A DNA stretch of 64,000 nucleotides, taken from positions 372,001 to 436,000 of the forward strand of contig JAXLNO010002790.1 of NCBI GenBank assembly GCA_038087875.1. The letters run 5' to 3'. This document shows, in pieces, positions 1 through 13,636 of this stretch. Under the pieces are notes generated by a model. It saw only the letters and a program-made list of their open reading frames with translations. It was not told the DNA's origin and searched no databases. Within the stretch, counting starts at the first letter, position 1. Every line of letters starts with the position of its first letter. The stretch is from Malacoraja senta (taxonomy: Eukaryota). Both the position numbers and the translations under genes were made by a program.

Positions 1-1239
1 CAAGTGATACAGGCGATAAGACACAAAAAGCTGGAGTAACTCAGCGGAACAGGCAACATTTCTGGAGAGAAGGAATGGGTGATGTTTCTGGTCGAGACCC
101 TTCTTCAGACCCTTTGTCAACTTTTCACCTCTAGCCGTTGCCACTTACTCCACCCGTCTACTTATCAAAATCTGTTCTCAACTCGCACCAACTTCTCGTT
201 TTCACCCAACAAATAAATAACAATGGCCTGTTTTCCTTTATCATCGTTACTTTTTTGCATATCTTTCATTCATTGTTCTTTATCTCTCAACATCATTGTC
301 TATATCTCTTGTTTCCCTTATCCCCACTAGTCTGAAGAAGAATCTCGACCTAAAAAGTCACCCATTCCTTCTCTCCAGAGATGTTGCCTGGCCCGCTGAG
401 TTACTCCAGCATTTTATGTCTTATCACCTGTATCACTTGCCAGGCTTTGTCCCAGCCCCACCTCTCTTTTTCAGCTTTCTATTACAATCAGTCTGAAGAG
501 GTGTCTGACCCAAAACATCATCTGTCCATTCCAGACTGCAGGAGTACGGGCTGAGGGACTCACTGGAGCTTGGTGCAGCCAACACCACGGCTCAGTGGGG
601 GTCTACAGTCTAGGGTCCTTCATGGCAATACATTGGGGGGCTGCAACTGGTGAAGACGCCCCTCAAACAAGGGAAGGGCTATTAACCCAGGAGGGCTATA
701 CGAGTGGCAAGGGTGCTTGATATAAGGATAGTTTGTGAACACAACCAAAAATAACCGTAATTAATCCATGTGTGGACACTGAGAATGGCAGAAACGTTGT
801 TTGCACTGTTCTTATTTTGTATACATTTCATTATTCTGAATAATATTTATCCTTGGTGGGGAAAAAATCCCTCCAGATATTACCTGACCTGCTGAGTCCC
901 TGCAGCCCTTTGTGTTTTGCAGTGGATAGTATATATGATGTGGATGTGAATATTGGTGGTTTGAATAGTAGGTTTACAGATGACATGTACATTGAAGAAG
1001 GTTGTCTATGGATCCAGTGGGATAGAGATTAGCTAGAGAGCTGGATGGAGCAAAAGCAGAAGGAATGTAATCCAGACATGTGTGAAGTTGTACGTGTCGG
1101 GATGTCATGTTCTGGTAGGACATAAACGGTAAGAACCTGAGGGGTGTTAATATACAGAGAGTCCTTGGGTTGCAAGTTCATTGATACGTGAAATTGTCGA
1201 CAAGGGTAGACAGGAAAGCAAAAAATGCACTTTGGCATG

Positions 1240-1830
1240 TTTGTCCACTTAGACAGAGAAACATATAAAATTGGTGCAGTAGTAGGCCATTTGGCCCTTC
1301 AAGCCAGCACCACCATTCAATATGGTCATGGCTGATCAACCAGAATCAGTACCCTGTTCCTGCTTTCTCCCCAATCCCTTGATTTTGTTAACCCTAAGAG
1401 CTAACTCTCTCTTGAATACATTCAGTGAATTGGTCTCTGCTGCCTTCTGTGGCAGAGAATTCCACAGATTCACAACACTCTGGGTGAAAAGGTTTTCCCC
1501 ACCTCAATCCTAAATAGCCTACCCCTTATTCATAAACTGTGACCCCTGGTTCTGGACTCCCCCAACATTGAGAATATTTTTCCTGCATCTAGTCTGTCAA
1601 ATCCCTTATTAGTATTCTATTTCTATCAGATCCCCTCTCATCCTTCTGAATTCCAGTGAATATAATCCCAGTCGATTCATTCTTTTATTATATGACAGTC
1701 CCCCCATCCCAGGAATTAACCTGGTGAACTTTGCTGCACTCCTTCAATAGCAAGAATGTCCTTCTTCAAACTAGGCGACCAAGATTGCACAAAATACTCC
1801 AGGTGCAGTCTCACCAGGGCCCTGTATAAC
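1240..1830 (-). mobile_element. Decayed CR1 LINE 3' fragment
   Basis: Reverse complement of the CR1 3' end (same sequence family as 10500-11040). Confidence 0.75.
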
Positions 1831-2159
1831 TGAATAGACTCTGGCATCAAGTATAAGAGTTGAGAAATCAAACAAAACATTGGTTAGGCTGCACATGGAG
1901 TATTGTGTAGATTTCTGGTCGCTCCACTACTAACGTTACTGTGGGGATCACTGGTTGGCGTGGGCCGAAGGGCCTGTTTCTGCAATGTATCTCTAAACTA
2001 AAAATGATGTGATGGCATCAAAAGCAGTGCAGAAGGGTTTTGCCAGGTTGTTGCCTGGAATAGAGGTCTGGTGTTATGTGAAGAGATTGGATAGGCTGCA
2101 TTTATTCTCACTAGGATGCAGGAGTTAAATAATGAGGGCTATAGATAGTGTCAGAAGGG

Positions 2160-2600
2160 TCTGCAGATGCAGGTTTAAACTGAAGAAAGAGACAAAAAGC
2201 TGGAGTAACTCAGTGGGACACGCAGCATCATTGGAGAGAAGGAATGGGTGATATTTCGGGTCGAGACCTTTTTGGGTCGAAACCCTTCTTCAGGAAGGAT
2301 CTACAGATGCTGATTTACACCGAAGACAGACATAAAATGCTGGAGTAACTCAGTGGGACAGGCAGTATCACTGGAGAGAAGGAATGGGTGACATTTCGGG
2401 TCGACATCCTTCTTCAGGAAGGATTAACAGATGTTGGTTTACACCGAAGACAGACATAAAATGCTGGAGTAACTCAGCAGGACAGGCAGCATCTTTGGAG
2501 GGAAGGAATGAGTGACGTTTCTAAACATCATCCATTCCTTCTCTCCATAAATACTGCCTGCCCTGCTGAGTTACTCCAGCATTTTGTGTCTATCTTTGGG
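2160..2600. repeat. Cluster of three tandem plus one inverted Penelope-pLTR-derived repeats
   Basis: Repeated gacacaaaa.gctggagtaactcag..gcatc..ggagagaaggaatgggtga..cccttcttcag units. The same repeat recurs at 15-430, 3460-3740, 5970-6150, 25740-26050 and 53330-53930. Confidence 0.8.
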
Positions 2601-3046
2601 GTATAGATAGGATAGAGAGTAACTGTCTATTTCCCGGGGCAGTGGAGACTAGAACTGGAGATTTAAGGTGATGGGAGAGAAATGTCAAGGGGATCTGAGC
2701 AGACGTTTCTCACCGCAGTAGTTATCTGGAATGAGCTGCAGGGGAGATGGTAGAGGCAGATATAATCACAATGTCTAGAAAGCATTTGGACTTTTGGTAG
2801 GAAAGTCAGGGAGGGATAAGGGCGTAATTCATGTAATTGTATATAAACATCTCGGTCAGCATAGACAAGATTGGGCAAAAGGGCCTGTTTATATGCTGCA
2901 TGATTCAGTTTATTTTAAGATTCTTTCTGTGGTTTTCATGTTGCTATCTCTATTAGCCAGAATAAGCACTGAAAATGGCTCAATCAGTCTACACCAGAGA
3001 GAACACTGCGTGAACCAAAGGAAGTGAGATATGTAAAATAGGTTCT

Positions 3047-3369
3047 TTAGTTTTTTAATTTAGATACACAGCGTGGAAACAGGCCTTTCGGCCCACCGAG
3101 TCTGCACCGGCCAGCGACTAACCCGCACACTAATACTATCCTATGTACACGAGGGACAATTTGACACATGCATCAAGCCAATTCACCTACATTCCTGCAC
3201 GTCTTTGGAGTGGGAGGAAATCGAAGATCTCGGTGAAAATCCACGCAGGTCACGGGGAGAACGTACTAACTCCGTACAGACAGCACCCATAGTCAAGATT
3301 GAAACCGGGTCTCTGGCACTGCAAACACTGTAAGGCAGCAACTCTACCACTGTGCCACTGTGCCGCCCT
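3047..3369 (-). mobile_element. V-SINE (HE1-like)
   Basis: Reverse complement of the 4799-5095 family. Confidence 0.8.
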
Positions 3370-4798
3370 TATTGGTAACTTTGTGTGATCTTATTTTGTT
3401 AGGATGCAAATCCTATGGGAACGCTTTCTCAAAGAGATAGATAATGATGTAGAAACAACGAACCGCAGATGCTGGTTTGTACCAAAGAGAGTCACAAAGT
3501 GCTGGAGTAACTCAACGGGTCAGAGGTGTTCTACAGCATCTCTGTAGAAAAAGGATGGGTGATGCTGGGTGAAGCTTCAGGTTGGGATCCTTCTTCAGAC
3601 TGATGTGTCGGGTTGGGACCCTTCTTCAGACTAACCCTGCTTGAGACTGAAGTAGGGTCCCGACACGAAGTGTCATCCAGCCTTTTTCTCCAGAGATGCT
3701 GCCGGTCTCGCTGAGTTACTTTAGCACTCTGTGTCTAAGGTTGATAATGAGTTGTTCAATCCTGATTTTTTGTGATGTTAATTTCTGCATGCTCACAGGG
3801 CAGACTGTGACCGTAAACAGTTGAAAAATGAGTCTAGCAGGAAATGTGTGGTATTTGAGTAAGTGTGAATGTGGGGCCTCTCCAGTGAGACGATTGGGGA
3901 ACTCCCTGACAAAGGGGGATGTGGTGAACAAGTCACCAGGAGGTCATATCAAAGCAGAAGTTAAATGTTACATTGATATTTTTAGTCTGCTCTTGATGTA
4001 CTGGCATGGTGCAATCCGATTTGGACAACTTACTGAATATTGCAGCTGAAGATGGTATAGATATATAGCATTGGAACAGGCTCTTCAGCCCACCAAGTCC
4101 ACGCTGAACAGCGATCACCATACAGTAGCAATATCCTATAGACTAGCAAAAATTTATAATCTTTACCAAACCCTATTAAACTACAAACTCATCTTTGGAG
4201 TGTGGGAGGAAGCTGGAGCACCCAGGGAAATCCCACAGGTAGAATGTAAAAACTCCATATAGACAGCACCCATGGTCAGGATTGAACCTGGCGGTCTCTT
4301 GAGCTGTAAGGCAGTAACTCTACCGCTGTTCCACCGTGTCACCCTTTTGTGGGGGATCATGCAGAAGCCTCCTCGTGACGATCCACGGAACCGATGACAC
4401 GATGCACTCTGAGACACGTCGGGCGACCAATTCTGTCAACATGTTGGACGACGACAGAAGCCAACAGTGAGCTACACCTCATCTGACACACGAGCGAATG
4501 AACCCTTGTTAGACTAATCAACAAGTTTACGACATAAATATGATGTGATGCAACTAATTGAGAGTGCAGCATGGAGAGTGCAGCACAGAAACAAGCCCTT
4601 TGACCCATCAAGTCCATACTAACTATTTTGGGACCTGATCTCTTTTTATCTTCCTGATATTTCCAATACCTACCCCTAGATTTTACTCTTTAACGACACA
4701 CGGAGCAATAAATGGTGGCCTGTGAACCAAATAACTGCCGTGACTTCCCTTTGTGGGTGGAATATCTGAATATCATATTTCCAAATGTTGATCAGTAA

Positions 4799-5095
4799 GG
4801 GCGACACGGTGGGGCAGTGATAGAGTTGCTGCCTTAAAGTGTCAGAGCCCCGGGTCCGATCCTGACTATGGCTGCTGTCTGTACGGAGTTTGTACATTCT
4901 CCCCATGACCAGTGGGTTTTTGCCAAGATCTTCGGTTTCCTCCCACACTCCAAAGACGTACAGGTTTGTAGGTTAATAGGCTTGATATAAATGTAAATTG
5001 TCCTTCGTGTGTAGGATAGTGTTAATGTGCGGGGATCTGTGCGGACTCGTGCTGAAGGGCCTGTTTCCACACTGTATCTCTAAACTAACCTAAAA
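4799..5095 (+). mobile_element. tRNA-derived V-SINE (HE1-like)
   Basis: tRNA-like head, V-domain (ctgtacggagtttgtacattctcccc..ggtttcctcccacactccaaagac), CR1-type tail gggcctgtttcc..tgtatctctaaactaa. Confidence 0.82.
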
Positions 5096-5463
5096 TAATC
5101 TAAGTAAGCTTGATATTTAGAATCATGTACAGCATAGAAACAGGCCCTTCAGCCCAGCTTATCTATGCCAGCCAAGATGCCCCATCTACCCTTGACCCAC
5201 CTATCTATATTTTAGCTTAGTTTAATTTATTATTAATGTCACGTGTACTGTTTTACTGTGAAAATGTTTCTTGTGTGCTGTCCAGTCAGTGAAAAGACTA
5301 CATTACTATGAAGCCGTTCACAATCTATAGATACAGGGTAAATGATATCATGTTTAGTGCAATGTAAATCCAATTGGTGTTTTGCCGATTTCCCTCCAAA
5401 CCTTTCCTATCCATAGAAATGTCTATTACTTGACAATAATTGTATTATATTCTTGGTGTCTAG

Positions 5464-5724
5464 GGCCTCACACACTGATCTATTACTACACCCTGAACCA
5501 CGGGAGAACTCATCTACCAGAATATAGTGTCGTGGGTGTTCTGGACGGTTGTGAGATACAGTATTATGACAAAAACATGGTCATTACAGTTCCAAGACAG
5601 AAATGGATGGCGGCTGCATTTGACAGGAATTACTGGGTAACAAATACGGTCTCTGAAACTGGTTTCCATGGAATCATCAAAGGGCAAGTCGATGAATGGA
5701 TGCGGAGGCAGAACAAAACAGCAA
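5464..5724 (+). CDS. MHC class I-like heavy chain, alpha1-domain exon (261 nt, phase 1-1)
   Basis: Acceptor tgtctag|GG, donor GCAA|gttagt. Translation GPHTLIYYYT..LPEYSVVGVLDG..YYD..PRQKWM..D.NYW..RRQNKTA has the class I alpha1 hallmarks (H3, Y7, G26/D29, PR.xWM, YW, NKT glycosylation sequon at 86). Confidence 0.92.
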
Positions 5725-7844
5725 GTTAGTTCATTCATTTCAATACATTTGGAGTGTGATCAATGTTCATAAAAAAAATCTCAAAGACATTTCTCGCTGT
5801 GCCAGAGACCCAGGTTTGATCCCAACTACATGTTCTCCCTGTGAACACAGATATTTCCTCCAGGTGCTCCGGTTTCATCCCATATCTTGAAAACGTGAGA
5901 GTTTGTAGATTAATTGGGCTCTGCAAATTACTCTTGTGTGCTGAGAATGGGTGAGAAAGTGGGATTACATAGATGTGTAGGAAGGAACTGAAGATGCTGG
6001 TTTACAGCAAAGATAGGCACAATGTGCTGGAGTAACTCAGCGGGACAGGCAGCATCTCTGGATACAAGGAATGGATGACTTTTCATGTCAAGACCCTTCC
6101 TCAGACAGAGTGTTTCCCCTGACTTCAGCATTTTGTGTCCATTTTGGGATAACATAGAATTAGTGTGAAAGATGATCGATGGTTGGCATGGAATTGGTGG
6201 GCCGAATGGCCCGTTTCCATGCTGAGTCACTAACCTAAGAACTGCAGATGCTGCAAATGTGAAATAAAAACCAAAAATGCCATTGTCTGATGGCTTCATT
6301 GTCAGTTTATCACCATGGAAACCTGTCATTACCTTATCAGTGATACCCGCTATGTCCAACCATGCCTCCCACTCCTGTCTGTAACTTACACATTCTCACA
6401 ATTCTGAAGCATTAATTTTGTTTCTCTTTCCATAGGTTCTGTTGAACTTGCTGTGTGTTCCAGCATTTTACAAATCATTGAAATGTTGGTGGCTTTTTGA
6501 ATGGTTAAAATCCCTTGCGTACCTCACCAATTGTTTTTACTTTTATTGACAAATGTTGAAAGAAAGGTTGTGTGAAATATTTAAAGGATAACCTAAATGG
6601 CATTGTGGTTCAGCCGTGGTGATGCTGCCGTAGTGCCAGAGACCCAGGGTTGATCCTGGCCTCAGGTGCTGTCTGTACAGAGTTTGTACGTACTCCCCGT
6701 GACCTGCGTGGGCTTTTCCCGGGTGCCCCGGTTTCCTCCCACACTCCAAGCCTGTATGCCAAAGGGGATCACTGGTCACTGTGGACTCTAAGGGCTGTTT
6801 TCGTGCTATATCTCTAAATTATCTTGGGCACCAATTGTAAAGTAAGCTGTCCAAATCCGTCTGCACCACACTTGTATATCCATATAATTTGCAATTGGAC
6901 ACGTTTTATATTGTAAATCAATAAGTCCTATCACCATTACTGTGTTAATTCAATGACATTCGTAGTGTACCATTGAACAAAGCAGGACCAGGCATGAGGG
7001 GACCATCGTGTGGTGGGGGACAAAGGAGGACCTGGTGTGGGAGACTTTATAACTTTGTCGGTGCCCTTTATGTGAAGAATCTTGACATACGTTGGGTTTA
7101 CAAAACAAAGAATTTCACTGTGACTTGTCACATGTCACAATAAAGTGTCATTCATTCATGATTAATTATTTCTGAAAACATTGCTTTTTGTTACCTCTTT
7201 GGTTACACATTAAACAAATTATATTATTAATCTTTAACTGGACTAAAACAGGGTGAGGGTACAAACAGGGAACAATACATCAAAATATTATGCACTGGGC
7301 ATAATTTCTATCAATTTCCACATGTTGCAATATTTATTATTATTTTCAAATTATATGTGAATACATGTGAATGACATTTATTAGATTATCATCTCATTCA
7401 TTGAACCATGTTTATTGAATCATATTGCCTTCAAAAATAAAAAAATTTATTTGCATTATTTATGGTGCACATATTATCTGCAACATTGTTATGTTTATGA
7501 GATTTATGAGCATATTGTCGGGGCTCAAGGGTGTGAACAAGAGGGAGAGATTGGGCAAGCCAGGGCCTTATTCCATGGAGCACAGGAGGCTGAGGGGTGA
7601 TCATATAGGGGCGCTTAAAATCATGAGGGGAATTGATAGAGTGTATGCCCAGAGCCTTTTACCCAGAGAAGGGGAATAAAATAACCAAAGGACATGGGTT
7701 TAATGTGAGAGGGGAAAGATTTAATTGGAACTTGGGACAATCTTTGTGCTCAGAGAATGGTCAGCATATGGAATGACCTGCCAGAGAATGGAGTTGCGGC
7801 AGGTACAATAACAATATTTAAAAGACACATGGACAGGGACATGC

Positions 7845-8320
7845 ATAGGTAGATAAAAGTGCTGGAGAAACTCAGCAGGTGAGGCAGCATCTATGGAGCG
7901 AAGGAAATAGGCAACGTTTCCGGCCGAAACCCTTCTTCAGACTGATGTGGGGGTGGGGGTGGGGGGCGCAGGAAGAAGAAAGGAAAAGGTGGAGCCAGTG
8001 GGCTGAGGGAGAGCTGAGAAGGGGAGGAGAAAGTAAGGACTACCTGAAATTAGGGAAGTCAATGTTCATACCGCTGGGGTGTAAACTGCCCAAGCGAAAT
8101 ATGAGGTGCTGCTCCTCCAATTTACGGTGGTCCTCACTCTGGCCATGGAGGAGACCGAGGGCAGAAAGGTCGGATTTGGAATGGGAGGGGGGAGTTGAAG
8201 TGCTGATCCACCGGGAGATGAGGTTGGTTGTTGCGAACCGAGCGGAGGCGTTCGGCGAAACGATCGCCAAGCCTGCGCTTGGTCTCACCGATGTAGAGCA
8301 GCTGACATCTAGAGAGAAAC
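7845..8320 (-). mobile_element. Penelope-like element fragment (GIY-YIG C-terminus plus pLTR)
   Basis: Minus ORF ..SHSKSDLSALGLLH..RKLEEQHLIFRLGSLHPSGMNIDF. Confidence 0.85.
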
Positions 8321-9229
8321 GTTTTGAATGATGTCTACCCATTGCAGGGTAAATGGGACTCGCTTAAATGGGGTATCTTGATTAGCATGGACAAGTTGGG
8401 CCAAAGGGCTTGTTTCCCTGCTGTGTGACTCTCTATGACTGCTTTATAGCAAAGAGCGCTGTTGCCTCACAGCTCCAGTGATCCGGGTTCAATCATCTCC
8501 AGTGCAGTCTGTGTGGAGTATAAGCATTCTCCCTGTGACAATGTTTGTTCTCCAGTTTCCTCCCACATACGAAAATGTGCTGAATTAGTAGATTAAGCCA
8601 CCGCTGCAAATAGGTGGATTTGTGGCATTGATAGAAATGAGAAAGATCTGTTTTGGGGAAAATTAGTGTTGGAATAATTTTGTTCTCTGGGCTAGAGTGG
8701 GCTCAGGAGGCTGAAAGGCCTCTTTCTCTGTCACATGGATTTATGGGCAGTTATTTATCCTTGAATTGCCTTCTTTCTCATTTTAGTCAACAGTGTAAAA
8801 TTGAACTAATTGACTAGATTGAACTATTTAACAATTGTAGATGAAAGGAAGAGCAGAGGCTGCTTTCCTCCACACACAAAGTGCTAAGGAACTCAACGGG
8901 TCAAGCGGCATCTTTGGGGAACATGGGAAGGCAGATATTTCGGGTGAGGATCCTACTTCAGACTGAAGTTGGGTCACGTTAGAGCATGCTTTGTACTCAC
9001 ACTCGCAGTCCAGTGTTAGTTTTCAAGGATTTTTTGTTATTCACAGCTTGAAGTTGTTACATATTCAGCAGAGAGAAGATGAGACAAACTAAAGCACCTG
9101 CAAAGCACAACTAAAAGACCGCAGAAAGAAGCTTGAAAAGAAGGCTCTTATCTAAACAACGTACTTTCAAGAGAGAGTTAGATTTAGCTCTTAAGGCTAA
9201 AGGAATCAAGGGATATGGGGGAAAAGATT

Positions 9230-11160
9230 AGTTAAAGCAAATGTAGGTCCCTTGCCGTCAGAAACAGGTGAATTGATCATGGGGAACAAGGACATGGCAG
9301 ACCAATTGAATAACTACTTTGGTTCTGTCTTCACTAAGGAAGACTTAATTAACTGCCGGAAATAGCAGGGGACCGGGGGTCAAATGAGATGGAGGAACTG
9401 AGTGAAATCCAGGTTAGCTGGGAAGTGGTGTTAGGTAAATTGAATGGATTAAAGGCCGATAAATCCCCAGGGCCAGATAGACTGCATCCTAGAGTACTTA
9501 AGGAAGTAGCCCCAGAAATAGTGGATGCATTAGTGATAATTTTTCAAAACTCTTTAGATTCTGGAGTAGTTCCTGAGGATTGGAGGGTAGCAAACGTAAC
9601 CCCACTTTTTAAAAAGGGAGGGAGAGAGAAAACGGGGAATTACAGACCAGTTAGTCTAACATCAGTAGTGGGGAAACTGCTAGAGTCAGTTATTAAAGAT
9701 GGGATAGCAGCACATTTGGAAAATGGTGAAATCATTGGACAAAGTCAGCATGGATTTATGAAAGGTAAATCATGTCTGACGAATCTTATAGAATTTTTCG
9801 AGGATGTAATTAGTAGAGTGGATAAGGGAGAACCAGTGGATGTGTTATATCTGGACTTCCAGAAGGCTTTCGACAAGGTCCCACATAAGAGATTAATATA
9901 CAAACTTAAAGCACATGGTATTGGGGGTTCAGTATTGATGTGGATAGAGAACTGGCTGGCAGACAGGAAGCAAAGAGTAGGACTAAACGGGTCCTTTTCA
10001 GAATGGCAGGCAGTGACTAGTGGGGTACCGCAAGGCTCAGTGCTGGGACCCCAGCTATTTACAATATATATTAATGATTTGGACGAGGGAATTGAATGCA
10101 ACATCTCCAAGTTTGCGGATGACACGAAGCTGGGGGGGCAGTGTTAGCTGTGAGGAGGGTGCTAGGAGGCTGCAAGGTGACTTGGATAGGCTGGGTGAGT
10201 GGGCAAATGCATGGCAGATGCAGTATAATGTGGATAAATGTGTGGTTATCCACTTTGGTGGCAAAAACAGGAAAGTAGACTTTTACCTGAATGGTGGCCG
10301 ATTAGGAAAAGGGGAGATGCAACGAGACCTGGGTGCCATGGTACACCAGTCATTGAAAGTAGGCACGCAGGTGCAGCAGGCAGTGAAGAAAGCGAATGGT
10401 ATGTTAGCATTCATAGCAAAAGGATTTGAGTATAGGAGCAGGGAGTTTCTACTGCAGTTGTACAGGGTCTTGGTGAGACCACACCTGGAGTATTGCGTAC
10501 AGTTTTGGTCTCCTAATCTGAGGAAGGACATTCTTGCCATAGAGGGAGTACAGAGAAGGTTCACCAGACTGATTCCTGGGATGTCAGGACTTTCATATGA
10601 AGAAAGACTGGATAGACTCTGCTTGTACTCGCTAGAATTTAGAAGATTGAGGGGGGATCTTATAGAAACGTACAAAATTCTTAAGGGGTTGGACAGGCTA
10701 GATGCAGAAAGATTGTTCCCAATGTTGGGGAAGTCCAGAACAAGGGGTCACAGTTTAAGGATAAAGGGGAAATCTTTTAGGACTGAGATGAGAAAAACAT
10801 TTTTTACACAGAGAGTGGTGAATCTCTGGAATTCTCTGCCACAGAATGTAGTTGAGGCCCGTTCATTGGCTATATTTAAGAGGGAGTTAGATGTGGCCCT
10901 TGTGGCTAAAGGGCTCAGGGGGTATGGAGAGAAGGCAGGTACAGGATACTGAGTTGGATGATCAGCCATGATCATATTGGATGGCGGTGCAGGCTCGAAG
11001 GGCCGAATGGCTTGCTCCTGCACCTATTTTCTGTGTTTCTATGTTTCTAAAAGCAGGAATGGGGTACTGATTCTAGATGCCGGCATGATCATATTGAATG
11101 GCGGTGCTGGCTCGAATGGCCGAATGGCCTACTCCTGTGCCTATGTTTCTATGTTTCTAT
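9230..11160 (+). mobile_element. CR1 (HER1-like) LINE, 5'-truncated ORF2 RT with one frameshift and two tandem 3' tails
   Basis: [53 protein letters not shown]; frameshift near 10140; (ttctatgt)n tails at ~11030 and ~11150. Confidence 0.93.
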
Positions 11161-11860
11161 AATTCAGATTCAGATTCAGATTCAGAAAACTTTATTGTCT
11201 GTCGTAACAGAAAATCTTCTTTGGCGTGGCTCAACATACAAACAGGACAATGTACTGATAAGCAGTCATACAACACAGATTTCTGCGAGCACACACCGTG
11301 TGTATAGATCTTAAAAGCAAGTATAAAGATTAAAAACTGTAAAAATAGACAAGATGAAAGTTGTGGATACGTGTAAATTGACAGTGCGTCAGGGTTAATT
11401 TGTCCATTGTTCATTTTTTATTTAAGCTGTTTATGGCAATGGGTATGAATGAGTTTTTGTGGATGTTTTTCTTAGATAGGGGGACTTTATATCGGCGGCC
11501 TGATGGCAGAAGTTGGAAGGACTTGTGCAGGGGGTGGGTGGGATCCTGTGTAATGAGGTTGGCTTTCCTTTTAACTGCCTGGGTGTGGAGTACTGATAAT
11601 TGATTTTGAGTTTTGCCAGTTATTTTGCTTGCTTGATTGATGATCCGGGAAAGCTTTGATTTGTCTTTGACAGAGGTGAGGGTGAACCAGGATGTGATGT
11701 TAAAGGTGAGTACAGATTCTATAAGTGATTTATAGACAGCTGTTAAAATGTCCTGTCTGACATCAAAGCTCCCGAGTTTCCTCAGCAGGAACAGGCGTTG
11801 CTGTGCCTTCTTGTACACAGAGTCTGTGTGCTGGGAGAAGGACAGGCGGTTAGTATACAA
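11160..11860 (-). mobile_element. Rex1/Babar-like LINE 3' fragment
   Basis: KKAQQRLFLLRKL..IESVLTFNITSWF..DPTHPLH..LLPSGRRY; (tctgaa)n tail at ~11163-11186. Confidence 0.85.
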
Positions 11861-12372
11861 TTAGTATATAATTAGCTAATTAGTATACAAATTAGCTATT
11901 TGTGGTGTTTCTTGAAAACACAAAGACGAGAGAATGTAAAGGATCTGCAGAACAACTAAAAGACTGCAGAAAGCAGCTTGAAAAGAAGGCTCTTCATCTA
12001 TACAACATAATTATGTTTTATTCAGCTAGCATTGTTTGTAGAGTTTCTTATTGGAAAGAAAACATCATGCAAGTTTTGACCCTTCCTTATTACTCCTGGT
12101 CCCAGGGGCATGGTTGGCATTAGCTCATTACCTTCATCCTAATAAAGAGTTGTTGTTCACAGTTGTGCCTAGGTTTTTATCAATTATAACCTTGAGTTCA
12201 CAAACTGTTCTTTGTCTCTGGGCTAAAGTTCACAGACTCTCCTTTTCAAGGAGTGAGCAGTTTTAAGCAAACTGACTTCAGCAAATCTTTACAAATTCCA
12301 TCAACCTCCCCCCCCCCCCCCCCCCACTTTGATTCATCAATCAATGCCAGAGGGAATGAATCATCTAAGTAA

Positions 12373-13054
12373 AGGGGCCTGTCCCACTTGCGTGTCCTTG
12401 GAACGCAAATTACGCGTTGAGCCACGATGGTCCGGCGAAGGTCGGGCACGATTACATGCGTATGCACAGCCGTCTGGAGCGCGTGACGTTATTTGAAGAT
12501 GGACACGAAGCTGGAGTAACTCAGCGGAACCGGCAGCATCTCTGGAGAGAAGCAATGGGTGATGTTTCGTGTCGAGACTCTTCTTCAGTCTGAAAAGAAG
12601 GGTCTTGATCCGAAACGTCACCCATTGCTTCTCTCCAGAGATGCTGCCGGTCCCACTGAGTGACTCCTGCATTTTGTGTCTATCTTCAATTTTCTTGGCC
12701 CCGCTCTGGGAGTAGAAGTGGGGGCGGATCCGGACCGCAACGGCCGTGAGCCCCAGGCCGAGTTCGGCGATCGTTTGCCTGCTTCTGCTGCTGTTGAAAG
12801 TGAGACGTTGCGTCGCGCCAGGGTCTTGGGCCTTTCCCATTTTGGCTGTCAGTTCCGCGACAGGCCGTTGGCGCGCAAAGATTTAGTTCACTGCAAAATT
12901 ATCGGAGCCCCGCGCGATGTCGCGCACAACTACATACACCTCGGCGCTTCCAAGTGGGACCGGCCCCGCGCGGCCATACGATGCCCGTGCGCCTCAACGC
13001 GACCACAAGGTCGCATAATTTGTGTGCCAAGGACACGTAAGTGGGACAGGCCCT
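12373..13054. mobile_element. PIF/Harbinger-type MITE containing an inserted Penelope-derived repeat (~12500-12690)
   Basis: TIR AGGGGCCTGTCCCAC / GTGGGACAGGCCCT with 3-bp TAA TSD on both sides. Confidence 0.8.
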
Positions 13055-13429
13055 TAAGAATACCAAGGAAGGGTAGCGCAGCTACACATCACTGGATATC
13101 TTTAACCTGTCCAATCACTGGATATCTTTAACCTGTTCAATGCCATCGCCGAGTACACTAGGGGTCATGGCCAATAGTGAAAAATAAACTTGGCAGTGAA
13201 CAGCTTAATGGTCTCCATATTTTAGAGAAAGCCTTCAATGCCCATGAGGGGTGAGCCTTATTATATCTATGTTTCTCTAAATATAGGAAGCACTTTTGTG
13301 GTAAAAGATGGGGCAGCTCGGGCCTCGAAAAGATCCAACCTTATGTGCAGCTTTATATTTGTTTATATGCAATAAGCAAAAAGAACACAATAGAAGATAA
13401 AACATGATAATAATTATAAGCAAAGCCAA

Positions 13430-13636
13430 GAGATCGTGGCCTTACACGAGTTGCTGCCTTGCAGCACCAGAGACCCTGGTTTGAACCTGACTACGAGTGG
13501 TGACTGTACGGAGTTTGCATGTTCTCCCCGTAACCTGTGTGGCTTTTCTCTGAGATGTAGGTAAATTGGCTTGGTGTAAATGTAAATTGTCCCTAGTGTG
13601 GGCTGAATGGCCTGTTTCAGCACTGTATCTCCAAAG
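13430..13636 (+). mobile_element. V-SINE split by the hAT insertion (tail resumes at 17917)
   Basis: Head and V-domain, then ..cctgtttcagcactgtatctc|hAT|ctctaaagcttaaaactaaa. Confidence 0.72.

Noticed and set aside
2893-3027. Hydrophobic ORF MLHDSVYFKILSVVFMLLSLLARISTE as the MHC leader exon
   Set aside because: No phase-1 GT donor after the hydrophobic stretch; the nearest donor-like site is phase 2.
9745-10675. Antisense ORFs over CR1 (also 28118-28660, 39038-40753)
   Set aside because: Shadow frames of the LINE RT coding strand.
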